47,087 nucleotides of DNA from a virus. Numbering within the stretch: the first letter of the stretch is position 1; each line of letters starts with the position of its first letter. Below are positions 28,269 through 35,455 of the stretch, piece after piece. The stretch is taken from the IMG/VR virus record IMGVR_UViG_3300033153_007398, positions 1-47,087 of that record, one strand, 5' to 3'. The notes under the pieces were generated by a model. The model ran no database searches, was not told the origin of the DNA, and saw nothing but the letters and a program-made list of their open reading frames with translations. A program made the translations under genes and the position numbers.

Positions 28269-29969
28269 TTAATCATGTAAATAAGCTAACCAAAATAATG
28301 CATCATCCACCACTGGATCTGATCCATCAGCACTCATTATCTCAAATTGTATTTCATCACTTGCTGTACCTTCTACATAAATGGGTATAACAACATTCAT
28401 TTCATTATTTGCTCCAGTAGTAGAAATACCTATAGCTCTCCCTTCAACTCTAATCTGTGTGTTATTATAAACTCTTACATGAAAATCCTTTCCATTTAAA
28501 CCTGAAATAGACACGGATAAAGTTCCGATATAATCACCAGTATTTACTAATGTAAATACGTCTCCACTTTCAGAAATCCCATCTGCCTCATCTAAATTCC
28601 ATAAGTCATTTCCAACATTCGTAATATGATTCCAATCACCTACTCCACAAACTATAGTTTCTGCTTGATCTTCAAATCCACCATAAGCATGCCAGGTAGT
28701 AGTTTGCCGCACCATACCAGTCACGTTAACATTAGCATTAAATCTGTGCGCGGTTGTAGCACCATAGTCCATATAGCCATCATTAATACTATCGATATAC
28801 TCATTAAGATCAATTTGTGTAATTGCTATTTTATTTCTTACTAAAATCTCACCTGTGGTCAGAATCACCAGTTCGTTAGGGTTGCTATTGTGCCCAATCT
28901 TAATATCTCGATTTAGTCCTGTACCAGCTCGAAACGTGAAGAACTCATAATCATTCCTTGCATTATTATAGCTAAAAACCATAGTCTCTCGGTTAGCCAC
29001 GCCAGGCTGTCCCACAGCATCGAGATTAAATCCAATCGTATCCGTACCATCCATATCAGCAGATTGGACTCTAAGATTCATTGGCTCGCCACTTACAGTG
29101 TTCCTTATAGCTGGGAAACCTCCTGCTTGTGCTTCTGTTAAAATATAACTATCCTGCCAACGGATATCATCGTCTGCTATAAGATCACCATTTATTGTAA
29201 GATCGTCATTTACTGTAAGATTTCCAGTTAGTTCACCACTTACTGTAAGATCACTGCCAATGGTAAAGTTGCCAAATATAGAACCATCCCCATCATGTAA
29301 CAATTGAAGAACTTCTCGGTCTGCCGCCGAACCTCTTGCTCCACCGGACTGTATGCTGAATAATATATCTGTTCCAGAGTTTATCCATTGACGCATTACA
29401 AAAGCGTTGTCCGCCGCTTGGAGTCCAATAAATGCTGTCTCAACTTCACTCCCATCCGCACCCTCATCGAAAAATATTCGAGGACCATCAGGAGCTTTAA
29501 TAGCCATACCATCGAAAGTATTGTTAGTCCTTACTACTAACTCAGCATCGCTATCAGTACTTACAGTATTAATAAGCACTTCGCCAGCTATGACAGTACC
29601 ATTTATACTAAAATTACTATTTAAATATTTTCCACTCAAAGCTACCCATAAACCACTACTCCCATCCACACTATAAGGCACCTCTTCAGCAGCTCCAGAA
29701 GCATCCCATGCATACATAGTATATTCATCATCAGCCGCCGCACCAACTTCATAAGCCAACATGATAGATCCAGCTGCACTACCAGCAACTGCATTTAATT
29801 CGGTTGAGGGATCGTCTATATTTGCAACAGATAATACATCAATGACTGCACCAATAGCAGTACTCATATCATCTAATCTGACAGTCTCAGTTCCCCCTAC
29901 AGGAGCAGAACTCAAAGTTGCCTGATTTAATATCACATTTGCAGTTATGTCATTGAATATAGTTCCCAT
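28269..29969 (-). CDS. fibre-like protein (566 aa) between the terminase and portal genes
   Basis: Repetitive D/G/T-rich strands (FTIGSDLTVSGELTGNLTVNDDLTINGDLIADDDI) resembling fibre-shaft or beta-helix repeats. Starts 1 nt after the terL stop. Confidence 0.5.
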   Translation of the reverse strand: MGTIFNDITANVILNQATLSSAPVGGTETVRLDDMSTAIGAVIDVLSVANIDDPSTELNAVAGSAAGSIMLAYEVGAAADDEYTMYAWDASGAAEEVPYSVDGSSGLWVALSGKYLNSNFSINGTVIAGEVLINTVSTDSDAELVVRTNNTFDGMAIKAPDGPRIFFDEGADGSEVETAFIGLQAADNAFVMRQWINSGTDILFSIQSGGARGSAADREVLQLLHDGDGSIFGNFTIGSDLTVSGELTGNLTVNDDLTINGDLIADDDIRWQDSYILTEAQAGGFPAIRNTVSGEPMNLRVQSADMDGTDTIGFNLDAVGQPGVANRETMVFSYNNARNDYEFFTFRAGTGLNRDIKIGHNSNPNELVILTTGEILVRNKIAITQIDLNEYIDSINDGYMDYGATTAHRFNANVNVTGMVRQTTTWHAYGGFEDQAETIVCGVGDWNHITNVGNDLWNLDEADGISESGDVFTLVNTGDYIGTLSVSISGLNGKDFHVRVYNNTQIRVEGRAIGISTTGANNEMNVVIPIYVEGTASDEIQFEIMSADGSDPVVDDALFWLAYLHD

Positions 29970-31601
29970 TTATATCCCTACAACTATATCAAGATCTAAT
30001 GATTCTTCATTATCTATTTCATCATACTCACTTTCAATATCTTCATCATCACCATTCCAATCATCTGAATCAAAATAGATATCAATTATATCCATAAATT
30101 TTACTATGTATGCAAGAGCATCCATTACATCCCATAACTTAGAATTAGGGAAACTTTCAAGTTGTGATTCTAACTTTTGATAGCAAGTTACATTATGATA
30201 AATATATCCTAGTTTATAAAATGGAGCTAGATGACTTATTCTTTCAGGCTTTTTACCAACTGCTTTTAACTCAATATACTGAGCCAAAATGCTTCTAACT
30301 CTCATTTCGTTCTCAATTGGCTGAGATATCCATTGATGTAAAGATGTTACCTCAACCCCAATATATCGGGCGTTCAAGTTCCTTGTCATTTGAAACATTT
30401 CATCTAATAATTCATCAGGATAATACTTACCTGAAACAACATCCCTAACAAATATCTTCCTACTTGTTCGATCAATCCCTATCCCTAATACAGCACTATC
30501 GGCCGATTGTAATTTAACTGTCTTGGCCGGGTCAACTAATATAACATTAAGAAGGTCACTTTTACTAACAATTTCTTTACCATCCTCAAAATATCTAACA
30601 CTTTGATTAGGTGTTGGCTCAACCATTATTCTAAGTCGATCACCATCTTCCCTATAGTATCTAAAGTACTCAGGTTTAAAAACTGCATCTTCTTTACTTG
30701 TAGGAATATTCCTAAATTCTTGATAGAATACATCTAATAAACCTTTCTCCTTATGTGAAGCATGCTCACTAACAACTTCCTCATCACTCATAAAACCAGG
30801 AGCGGTTGACTTTAAGTTATCATCACAAATTTCTAACCTAATACCTTTCCAATCACTAGATGTTAAAAGGAACTCAAGTAATGAATCTTCATGCTTTAAA
30901 GTATCTATATAAATATATTGATAATTCTTGTCAACTCTACTAACAGCCTTAATAACATCTGAGAAGAACCACTTCTTTAATTTAGCCCTAAGTTCCTCAT
31001 TCATTACAGATTCAGTATTTTCAAGATCATCAAATATGAGTAGGTCTGGTCGACTATTATGATATAAGATCCCCCTAACCTGTTGACCTTGGCCTCTTGG
31101 AAGAATGAGTGTTCCATCCTGCTCAACTTCCCCACTCTCTCTACTTAACAAAGGGGCGCTTACCCAAGCTCTTCTGCTAAATGACTCATCCATTCCATCA
31201 GGACGTTTAACCTTTAAGGAACCAAACATCTCCTTGATCATTCTATTAGTCATTAATTCATGTTTCAAATTCTCGGTCTGTAATTCAGCACTTGTAGCAC
31301 TATTACTTATATAGACAATAAACTTCCTCAAACGAAGAAGGATTGATCTTGCACATAATGCTAATCCAACTATAGATGTTTTGCCAATCCCTCTTGGTGC
31401 TGCTATAACAATCTTAGGATGACCACTATCAATTAAATCAAATATCCGATCATGTAATGGTGAAAAGGCTTTCCAAAATCTTTCTTGGAAGAATAATTCA
31501 GCCATTGCCTTAGTGCTATTATGACAATCAGCAACCATATCAATTAAAGCACGGTCAGCAAATATAGTTTCTTGGTTATTAGCCAATATCATACTCCACA
31601 T
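29970..31601 (-). CDS. terL: terminase large subunit
   Basis: Walker A-like IAAPRGIGKTS, Walker B LLIFDDLE, and a C-terminal RNase-H-like nuclease region (VLGIGIDRTS). 543 aa. Confidence 0.9.
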   Translation of the reverse strand: MWSMILANNQETIFADRALIDMVADCHNSTKAMAELFFQERFWKAFSPLHDRIFDLIDSGHPKIVIAAPRGIGKTSIVGLALCARSILLRLRKFIVYISNSATSAELQTENLKHELMTNRMIKEMFGSLKVKRPDGMDESFSRRAWVSAPLLSRESGEVEQDGTLILPRGQGQQVRGILYHNSRPDLLIFDDLENTESVMNEELRAKLKKWFFSDVIKAVSRVDKNYQYIYIDTLKHEDSLLEFLLTSSDWKGIRLEICDDNLKSTAPGFMSDEEVVSEHASHKEKGLLDVFYQEFRNIPTSKEDAVFKPEYFRYYREDGDRLRIMVEPTPNQSVRYFEDGKEIVSKSDLLNVILVDPAKTVKLQSADSAVLGIGIDRTSRKIFVRDVVSGKYYPDELLDEMFQMTRNLNARYIGVEVTSLHQWISQPIENEMRVRSILAQYIELKAVGKKPERISHLAPFYKLGYIYHNVTCYQKLESQLESFPNSKLWDVMDALAYIVKFMDIIDIYFDSDDWNGDDEDIESEYDEIDNEESLDLDIVVGI

Positions 31602-31881
31602 GAATATGATCTATCTCAAGAACTACATCAAAGTCATTTCCTAAAGTAGTCTTTAAATCCTTAATTAGTAGAGTTAACTCAACTTTCACTAATACTTTAG
31701 GAATTCCTAAATCAATAGCCTCATCACTATAGTGAAGAGAACTAGGGCTATGTGAACCCTCATAAGTAGAGGTTATAATACCTTCATCACCATACCTAAG
31801 AAAGATATTATCAATTGTTTTTAACTTCCTTCTAATAGGTCGTTTTAACCTACTTATATCTACGCCTAATTTAAGCAGCAT
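31579..31881 (-). CDS. peptidase M15-family cell-wall hydrolase (endolysin candidate, 100 aa)
   Basis: Zn-binding signature SxHxxxxAxD (SSLHYSDEAIDL) plus C-terminal DHIHVEY, as in L-Ala-D-Glu / D-Ala-D-Ala M15 peptidases. Follows two small membrane proteins. Its 3' end overlaps the terL start by 23 nt. Confidence 0.7.
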   Translation of the reverse strand: MLLKLGVDISRLKRPIRRKLKTIDNIFLRYGDEGIITSTYEGSHSPSSLHYSDEAIDLGIPKVLVKVELTLLIKDLKTTLGNDFDVVLEIDHIHVEYDIG

Positions 31882-31896
31882 GATTACACCTATAAA

Positions 31897-32085
31897 TTAT
31901 TTTTTAGCAGAATCTTTTCTAAATACATCAACTGCACCAAGTATAGATATGATGGTGCATATAACAGCCTCACTTTGCCCACCAGTTAGTGCAAATCCAC
32001 TAGCACTCAGAACTATCTTTAAAATACCTCTCCATGTGGAAGAGTCATTCCCTATATTACCAAATAGATTATCAAAAAACTTCAT
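31897..32085 (-). CDS. holin-like small membrane protein (62 aa)
   Basis: Two hydrophobic segments (ILKIVLSASGFALTG, AVICTIISILGAV) and a charged C-terminus (RKDSAKK). Adjacent to the endolysin candidate. Confidence 0.45.
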   Translation of the reverse strand: MKFFDNLFGNIGNDSSTWRGILKIVLSASGFALTGGQSEAVICTIISILGAVDVFRKDSAKK

Positions 32086-32369
32086 ACTATCCTCCTCTCA
32101 GTCCCATCCCATTTAACAGGATGTGGGATCTTTTGGTTTATATTCTTCATTTCAGTTAGTATTGTCTCAAATCTAGCATCACCTTTATTAAGCCTATTAT
32201 CTATAGTCTTATGCTTTTCGATACAAAGATCAGATGCAATATACTTACCATTGCCATTGCCATTACGCCTATTCAATAGCCAGTCATATACAATTTTACC
32301 GTTTAAAGTTAGTACTCCAAACACAGTCACTCCGGCTAAATAGATTGCTCCTTCTTGAACAGGTATCAT
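32082..32369 (-). CDS. N-terminally membrane-anchored protein (95 aa; holin, antiholin or spanin-like)
   Basis: Single N-terminal TM segment (AIYLAGVTVFGVLTL) followed by a charged soluble tail. ATGA overlap with the downstream gene. Confidence 0.45.
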   Translation of the reverse strand: MIPVQEGAIYLAGVTVFGVLTLNGKIVYDWLLNRRNGNGNGKYIASDLCIEKHKTIDNRLNKGDARFETILTEMKNINQKIPHPVKWDGTERRIV

Positions 32370-32385
32370 TACACTCCTTTCAAAA

Positions 32386-32733
32386 TTAATTTTTAGGTGG
32401 ATAACTATAAAGTAATGTTACTTGCATATTAGCATGATTATTAGCAGATCCACTAATATACCTAAGTGCTCTAACATTAACAGGATTAGTTAATTCAAGC
32501 AAAACCCCAGCAGCAAGAACATGTCCTAATGGAGTAGCTTGTGCAGGAACAGTTCCAAAGGAGTATCTAATTGGATTAGTCTCACATGTAATAAGTGCCC
32601 CAACACAGCCATCATTATCATTAGTCATAGCAACACTATCGTCTCCAACAAATGCTCTGGCTGTATTAGTAGAAGTGGTTTTGAAGGTAATCCCTGCATA
32701 ACCTCTCATTTGAGTTGTTGGTCTAACTGGCAT
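32386..32733 (-). CDS. MPVR-family small protein, paralogue C (115 aa)
   Basis: Shares N-terminal MPVR, GYAGxTF, RYxFG, LGHVL and ELTNPxNVRxxR(Y/F) with the 32755 gene. Confidence 0.55.
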   Translation of the reverse strand: MPVRPTTQMRGYAGITFKTTSTNTARAFVGDDSVAMTNDNDGCVGALITCETNPIRYSFGTVPAQATPLGHVLAAGVLLELTNPVNVRALRYISGSANNHANMQVTLLYSYPPKN

Positions 32734-32754
32734 ATATTCTCCTTAATAACTAGT

Positions 32755-33135
32755 TTAATTTGGTTTTGCTGGGTAAGCAAAGTATGGAGTCGCTTGTAAA
32801 TTAACAAACCCTGCAGCACCATTCCTTACAAACCTTATAGATCTAACATTCATAGGATTAGTGAGTTCAATAGAATCCCCCTTATCTAAGACATGTCCTA
32901 TACTATCACCAAAACTTGGATCAATACCAAAAGCATATCTTAGTGCAACCCCGACAGCATCATTATGAATAATACAACCTATACAACTATCATTATTTTT
33001 AACCATGCTATCTGCAGCACCAAGCCCAAGAAAATCATTCCCAGATAATAAAGATTTAGCTGTATCAGTAATAAGTTTAAAAAAAGTAGCTCCCGCATAA
33101 CCTCTATGAATTAACGATTGTCTAACTGGCATCAT
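32755..33135 (-). CDS. MPVR-family small protein, paralogue B (126 aa)
   Basis: See paralogue C. Motifs: MMPVR..., GYAGATF, LRYAFG, IGHVL, ELTNPMNVRSIRF. Confidence 0.55.
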   Translation of the reverse strand: MMPVRQSLIHRGYAGATFFKLITDTAKSLLSGNDFLGLGAADSMVKNNDSCIGCIIHNDAVGVALRYAFGIDPSFGDSIGHVLDKGDSIELTNPMNVRSIRFVRNGAAGFVNLQATPYFAYPAKPN

Positions 33136-33148
33136 TTACCTTTTTAAA

Positions 33149-33505
33149 TTAATGAGAATAAAATGGTGTCATTGAAAATGTTGAAGCTGACCCATTAACA
33201 GCACTTATATAGTTAAAAGCTCTTATAGCATCTGCACCAACCAACCAAAACTCCCCTAACGATGTAGAGTGCGCACCTCTTATATGACCTAATACTGGAG
33301 GAGCTCCTTGTAATGGAGTAGATGTAAAACAATAACTAATACTATTAGTTTGAGGTGTCATAAGAATCTTATGTATAAGTTTACCATCACTATTAATCAT
33401 AACTAAGTTATCATCAGTCACTAAATTCCTAGATGCATCAGTTGATGCTAATGCAACCGTAGTCCCAGGAATTCCATCTAGTATCATTATTGATCTAACT
33501 GGCAT
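33149..33505 (-). CDS. MPVR-family small protein, paralogue A (118 aa, most divergent)
   Basis: Has MPVR..., GIPGTTV, ISYCFT, LGHI and IRAFNYIS. Its start overlaps the upstream gene by 11 nt. Confidence 0.55.
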   Translation of the reverse strand: MPVRSIMILDGIPGTTVALASTDASRNLVTDDNLVMINSDGKLIHKILMTPQTNSISYCFTSTPLQGAPPVLGHIRGAHSTSLGEFWLVGADAIRAFNYISAVNGSASTFSMTPFYSH

Positions 33506-34103
33506 TCTCTACCTCTTCAAATTCTCCATCTACAGTATTCCCATCTGTTATTTCTTCTACTATCTTTCTAGCTTTAGCAACTTTAACTATTTCATTTAAA
33601 TCTTCTTTAGTCATAAATGTATGAATATGAGAGGTATCAACTGTTATAGCTTTTGGTGCAGCATACCCTGCTCTATCTAATAAATTCTCAGCTGTCCTAG
33701 ATCTAAGAGTAATATCTGCTCCTGCCCCTTCAACTTCATTCTTAACTACTTCTTTAAGCAAATTAACACAAGTCGGAGCAAATTTCTTAATATCGTCAAC
33801 TATATCAATAACCTCTGCGTTCCTCACACCTTGAAGCATCGCTATATGCTCTTTGACAACTTCACTATTTCTAACATTACTAATTGTGGATTTTGAGCAA
33901 TTTAACTTCTTAGCAATTTCAACATTTTTAAAGCCTAAAACAAGAAGCCTAGCAATCTCTTGGTGAATATCCCAAAGTACTTCAACTTCAAATGCTCTAT
34001 GTCTACCCGGCTTAATCCTTCTTCTATCAGGACTTCTCCCACGTGCATAGTACCGTTTTTGAGCGTCAACTTTTTCCGCCTTTGAATACATACTTCCAGC
34101 CAT
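33495..34103 (-). CDS. HTH DNA-binding protein (LuxR / sigma-70 region-4-like); small-terminase or regulator candidate
   Basis: IARLLVLGFKNVEIAKKLNCSKSTISNVRNS is a classic helix-turn-helix. Basic N-terminus. First gene of the structural arm, 39 nt downstream of the predicted TSS. Confidence 0.6.
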   Translation of the reverse strand: MAGSMYSKAEKVDAQKRYYARGRSPDRRRIKPGRHRAFEVEVLWDIHQEIARLLVLGFKNVEIAKKLNCSKSTISNVRNSEVVKEHIAMLQGVRNAEVIDIVDDIKKFAPTCVNLLKEVVKNEVEGAGADITLRSRTAENLLDRAGYAAPKAITVDTSHIHTFMTKEDLNEIVKVAKARKIVEEITDGNTVDGEFEEVENAS

Positions 34104-34148
34104 CTTAATATCCTTTATATAGATATAGATATAAATATCATTATAATT

Positions 34149-34177
34149 ATTATAACACAGTTAATGATAGGTGTCAA
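34149..34177 (-). promoter_or_regulatory. consensus sigma70-type promoter for the structural (-) arm
   Basis: On the - strand: TTGACA (complement of 34172-34177), a 17-nt spacer ending in TGT, then TATAAT (complement of 34149-34154). Predicted TSS is about 39 nt before the ATG at 34103. Confidence 0.7.
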
Positions 34178-34249
34178 CCCCTGTAAATGTCACAATTAGA
34201 ATAGAATAAATAAATGTGATTTATAACATTTCATTAAGATAAGAGAAAC

Positions 34250-34276
34250 AACTATTATGAATAAATCATAATGGGT
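34250..34276. repeat. 27-nt palindromic element, copy 4 (3' end degenerate)
   Basis: aactattatgaataaatcataatgggt. Lies between the two divergent promoters. Confidence 0.7.
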
Positions 34277-34418
34277 TGGAGAAGGTTTTACTATTTTGGG
34301 TTTGCTTAATATTTTTTGGGAAAATTTTCCAGGAATGTAAAGAGGGGTCTCTTGGGATTTGTGAGTGGGTTTTCCCCCATTGGTTTTCTAGCAAGATCAA
34401 CCACGAGATTGTGATGAT

Positions 34419-34447
34419 TTGACATTTGCCTAGAATTATGCAATAAT
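34419..34447 (+). promoter_or_regulatory. sigma70-type extended -10 promoter for the + arm
   Basis: TTGACA (34419-34424), a 17-nt spacer ending in TGC (34439-34441), then AATAAT (34442-34447). Confidence 0.6.
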
Positions 34448-34493
34448 GTATCCAACAAATCATGAAAGTTCCAACCGTTCTTTGACAACTCAA

Positions 34494-34521
34494 TAGTTTG
34501 GTATTCATTAAACACCATACC
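34494..34521 (+). repeat. 28-nt inverted repeat, left arm (5' UTR of the 34564 gene)
   Basis: tagtttggtattcattaaacaccatacc. Pairs with 35098-35125 at 26/28 Watson-Crick positions, and the two exceptions are G:U/U:G on the + strand RNA. Confidence 0.85.
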
Positions 34522-34563
34522 ATTTCACGAGCCATTGAGGCTTGAAAGGTATTGGTGAATATA

Positions 34564-35088
34564 ATGGAAGAAGATTACACCATTGATGAAATCATAGAGA
34601 ATGCCGTCGCAAAACATGCTGACAAGATCAAACCATGTCAAGTAGTGTTAGATGGTGAGGCATACCCTCGATTCTGTATTGAAGTCGCTGATAAGGTGTG
34701 GCTGAAATCAAACGTTACACTGTTTAATGATGGAACAAAGGTAGGCTATTGCACCATTCTGAATGCAACTGGTTTGACTGACGAACAAGTCGGCTACCAT
34801 GCTGCATCTAATATGATTGTACAAGTCCGGAATGATGTTAAAAAGACTAGCTCTAAGGTAGTTGAAGCAACCTACCATCTTAAGCAATTGCATGTCGAAA
34901 TGCTTGAAGGTCGAGCACGAGCAAAGGAAATTACACCTGAACAAGCAGTTGGTGCTATTGATGTAATGGCTAAATCGCATACATTAGAACAATTTTTAGC
35001 TAAGATGACTAACCTTCCAAAAGACTCTATGACAAGTCTTTGGAAACAATTAAATGATACACCAACATTCCCAGGCACAACCAACTAA
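34564..35088 (+). CDS. hypothetical protein (174 aa) in a G+C-richer cassette
   Basis: ORF track frame 34552..35088 (TTG). I prefer the ATG at 34564 with GAAAGG upstream. My 60-nt hand count gives about 40% G+C. Bracketed by the 28-bp inverted repeat. Confidence 0.55.
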   Translation: MEEDYTIDEIIENAVAKHADKIKPCQVVLDGEAYPRFCIEVADKVWLKSNVTLFNDGTKVGYCTILNATGLTDEQVGYHAASNMIVQVRNDVKKTSSKVVEATYHLKQLHVEMLEGRARAKEITPEQAVGAIDVMAKSHTLEQFLAKMTNLPKDSMTSLWKQLNDTPTFPGTTN

Positions 35089-35097
35089 TTAACAATA

Positions 35098-35125
35098 GGT
35101 ATGGTGTTTAATGGATATCAAACTA
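35098..35125 (+). repeat. 28-nt inverted repeat, right arm (10 nt after the 35088 stop)
   Basis: ggtatggtgtttaatggatatcaaacta, the reverse complement of the left arm apart from two transitions. Confidence 0.85.
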
Positions 35126-35155
35126 ATAACCTTTTAACTAAGAGGAGTAATTATT

Positions 35156-35311
35156 ATGAACAAACGAGATATTGACGCAGACGCTCAAAGGATTTATACT
35201 ATATTAATACAATTAGCTAAGTGGAACACATTAGCAGAGTTCCTTCATAGGATTGGAAATATTATACCTGAGCAATTAGCTAAAGATATCTGGGAGAATG
35301 CTAATAACTAA
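35156..35311 (+). CDS. small hypothetical protein (51 aa; below the ORF-track cut-off)
   Basis: Hand translation gives MNKRDIDADAQRIYTILIQLAKWNTLAEFLHRIGNIIPEQLAKDIWENANN. AAGAGGAG RBS 8 nt upstream. Confidence 0.35.
   Translation: MNKRDIDADAQRIYTILIQLAKWNTLAEFLHRIGNIIPEQLAKDIWENANN
35172..35200 (+). promoter_or_regulatory. sigma70-like promoter candidate (inside the 51-aa ORF)
   Basis: TTGACG (35172-35177), a 17-nt spacer, then TATACT (35195-35200). Would read into the iteron region and the 35550 gene. Confidence 0.35.
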
Positions 35312-35317
35312 TAATGT

Positions 35318-35362
35318 GTGTCAAACGTGTCAATGTAACAAATGAAACAAATGTAACAATAC
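35318..35362 (+). repeat. array of five contiguous 9-bp iterons (left)
   Basis: GTGTCAAAC GTGTCAATG TAACAAATG AAACAAATG TAACAATAC. Confidence 0.7.
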
Positions 35363-35376
35363 CCATGTATGTGTTT

Positions 35377-35393
35377 AAAAAATTTTTTTTTTT
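35377..35393. other. A6T11 homopolymer junction between the iteron arrays
   Basis: aaaaaa (35377-35382) followed by ttttttttttt (35383-35393). An easily melted or bent DNA segment. Confidence 0.8.
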
Positions 35394-35418
35394 ATACTAT
35401 CTTAATATACTATCTTAT
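35393..35418 (+). repeat. 13-bp tandem direct repeat (x2)
   Basis: tatactatcttaa / tatactatcttat, immediately after the T-tract. Confidence 0.8.
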
Positions 35419-35455
35419 TACACTAACTACATAAAATATTCAAACACAACACACC

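Noticed and set aside
14776-29676. Many + strand ORFs of 60-100 aa inside the - strand structural genes (for example 14776-15039, 16071-16310, 19361-19582, 22092-22385, 23274-23570, 25347-25625, 29407-29676), and - strand ORFs inside + strand genes (2720-2926, 5080-5331, 7644-7862, 8641-8907)
   Set aside because: They are antisense shadow frames wholly contained in longer, motif-supported genes. They have no RBS, and their translations are low-complexity or stop-poor because of the sense-strand codon bias.
34482-34487. Second TTGACA hexamer about 60 nt downstream of the 34419 promoter
   Set aside because: No acceptable -10 hexamer lies at 16-18 nt spacing (TCATTA or TTCATT), and it has no TG extension. 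It is probably coincidental or part of the 5' UTR.
34266-34535. Two overlapping - strand ORFs (89 aa and 70 aa) in the divergent intergenic region
   Set aside because: They have no RBS. They run across the predicted + strand promoter and the left arm of the 28-bp inverted repeat. They stay open only because the + strand here is G/T-rich. They would also be transcribed away from any promoter I can see.
34494-35125. Interpretation of the 28-bp inverted repeats as terminal inverted repeats of an IS/MITE-like mobile element
   Set aside because: The sequences flanking the repeats (aactcaa to the left, ataacct to the right) show no target-site duplication, and no transposase is encoded. Both mismatches are wobble-compatible only on the sense RNA, which favours an RNA duplex. 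I keep it as a secondary hypothesis within the finding.
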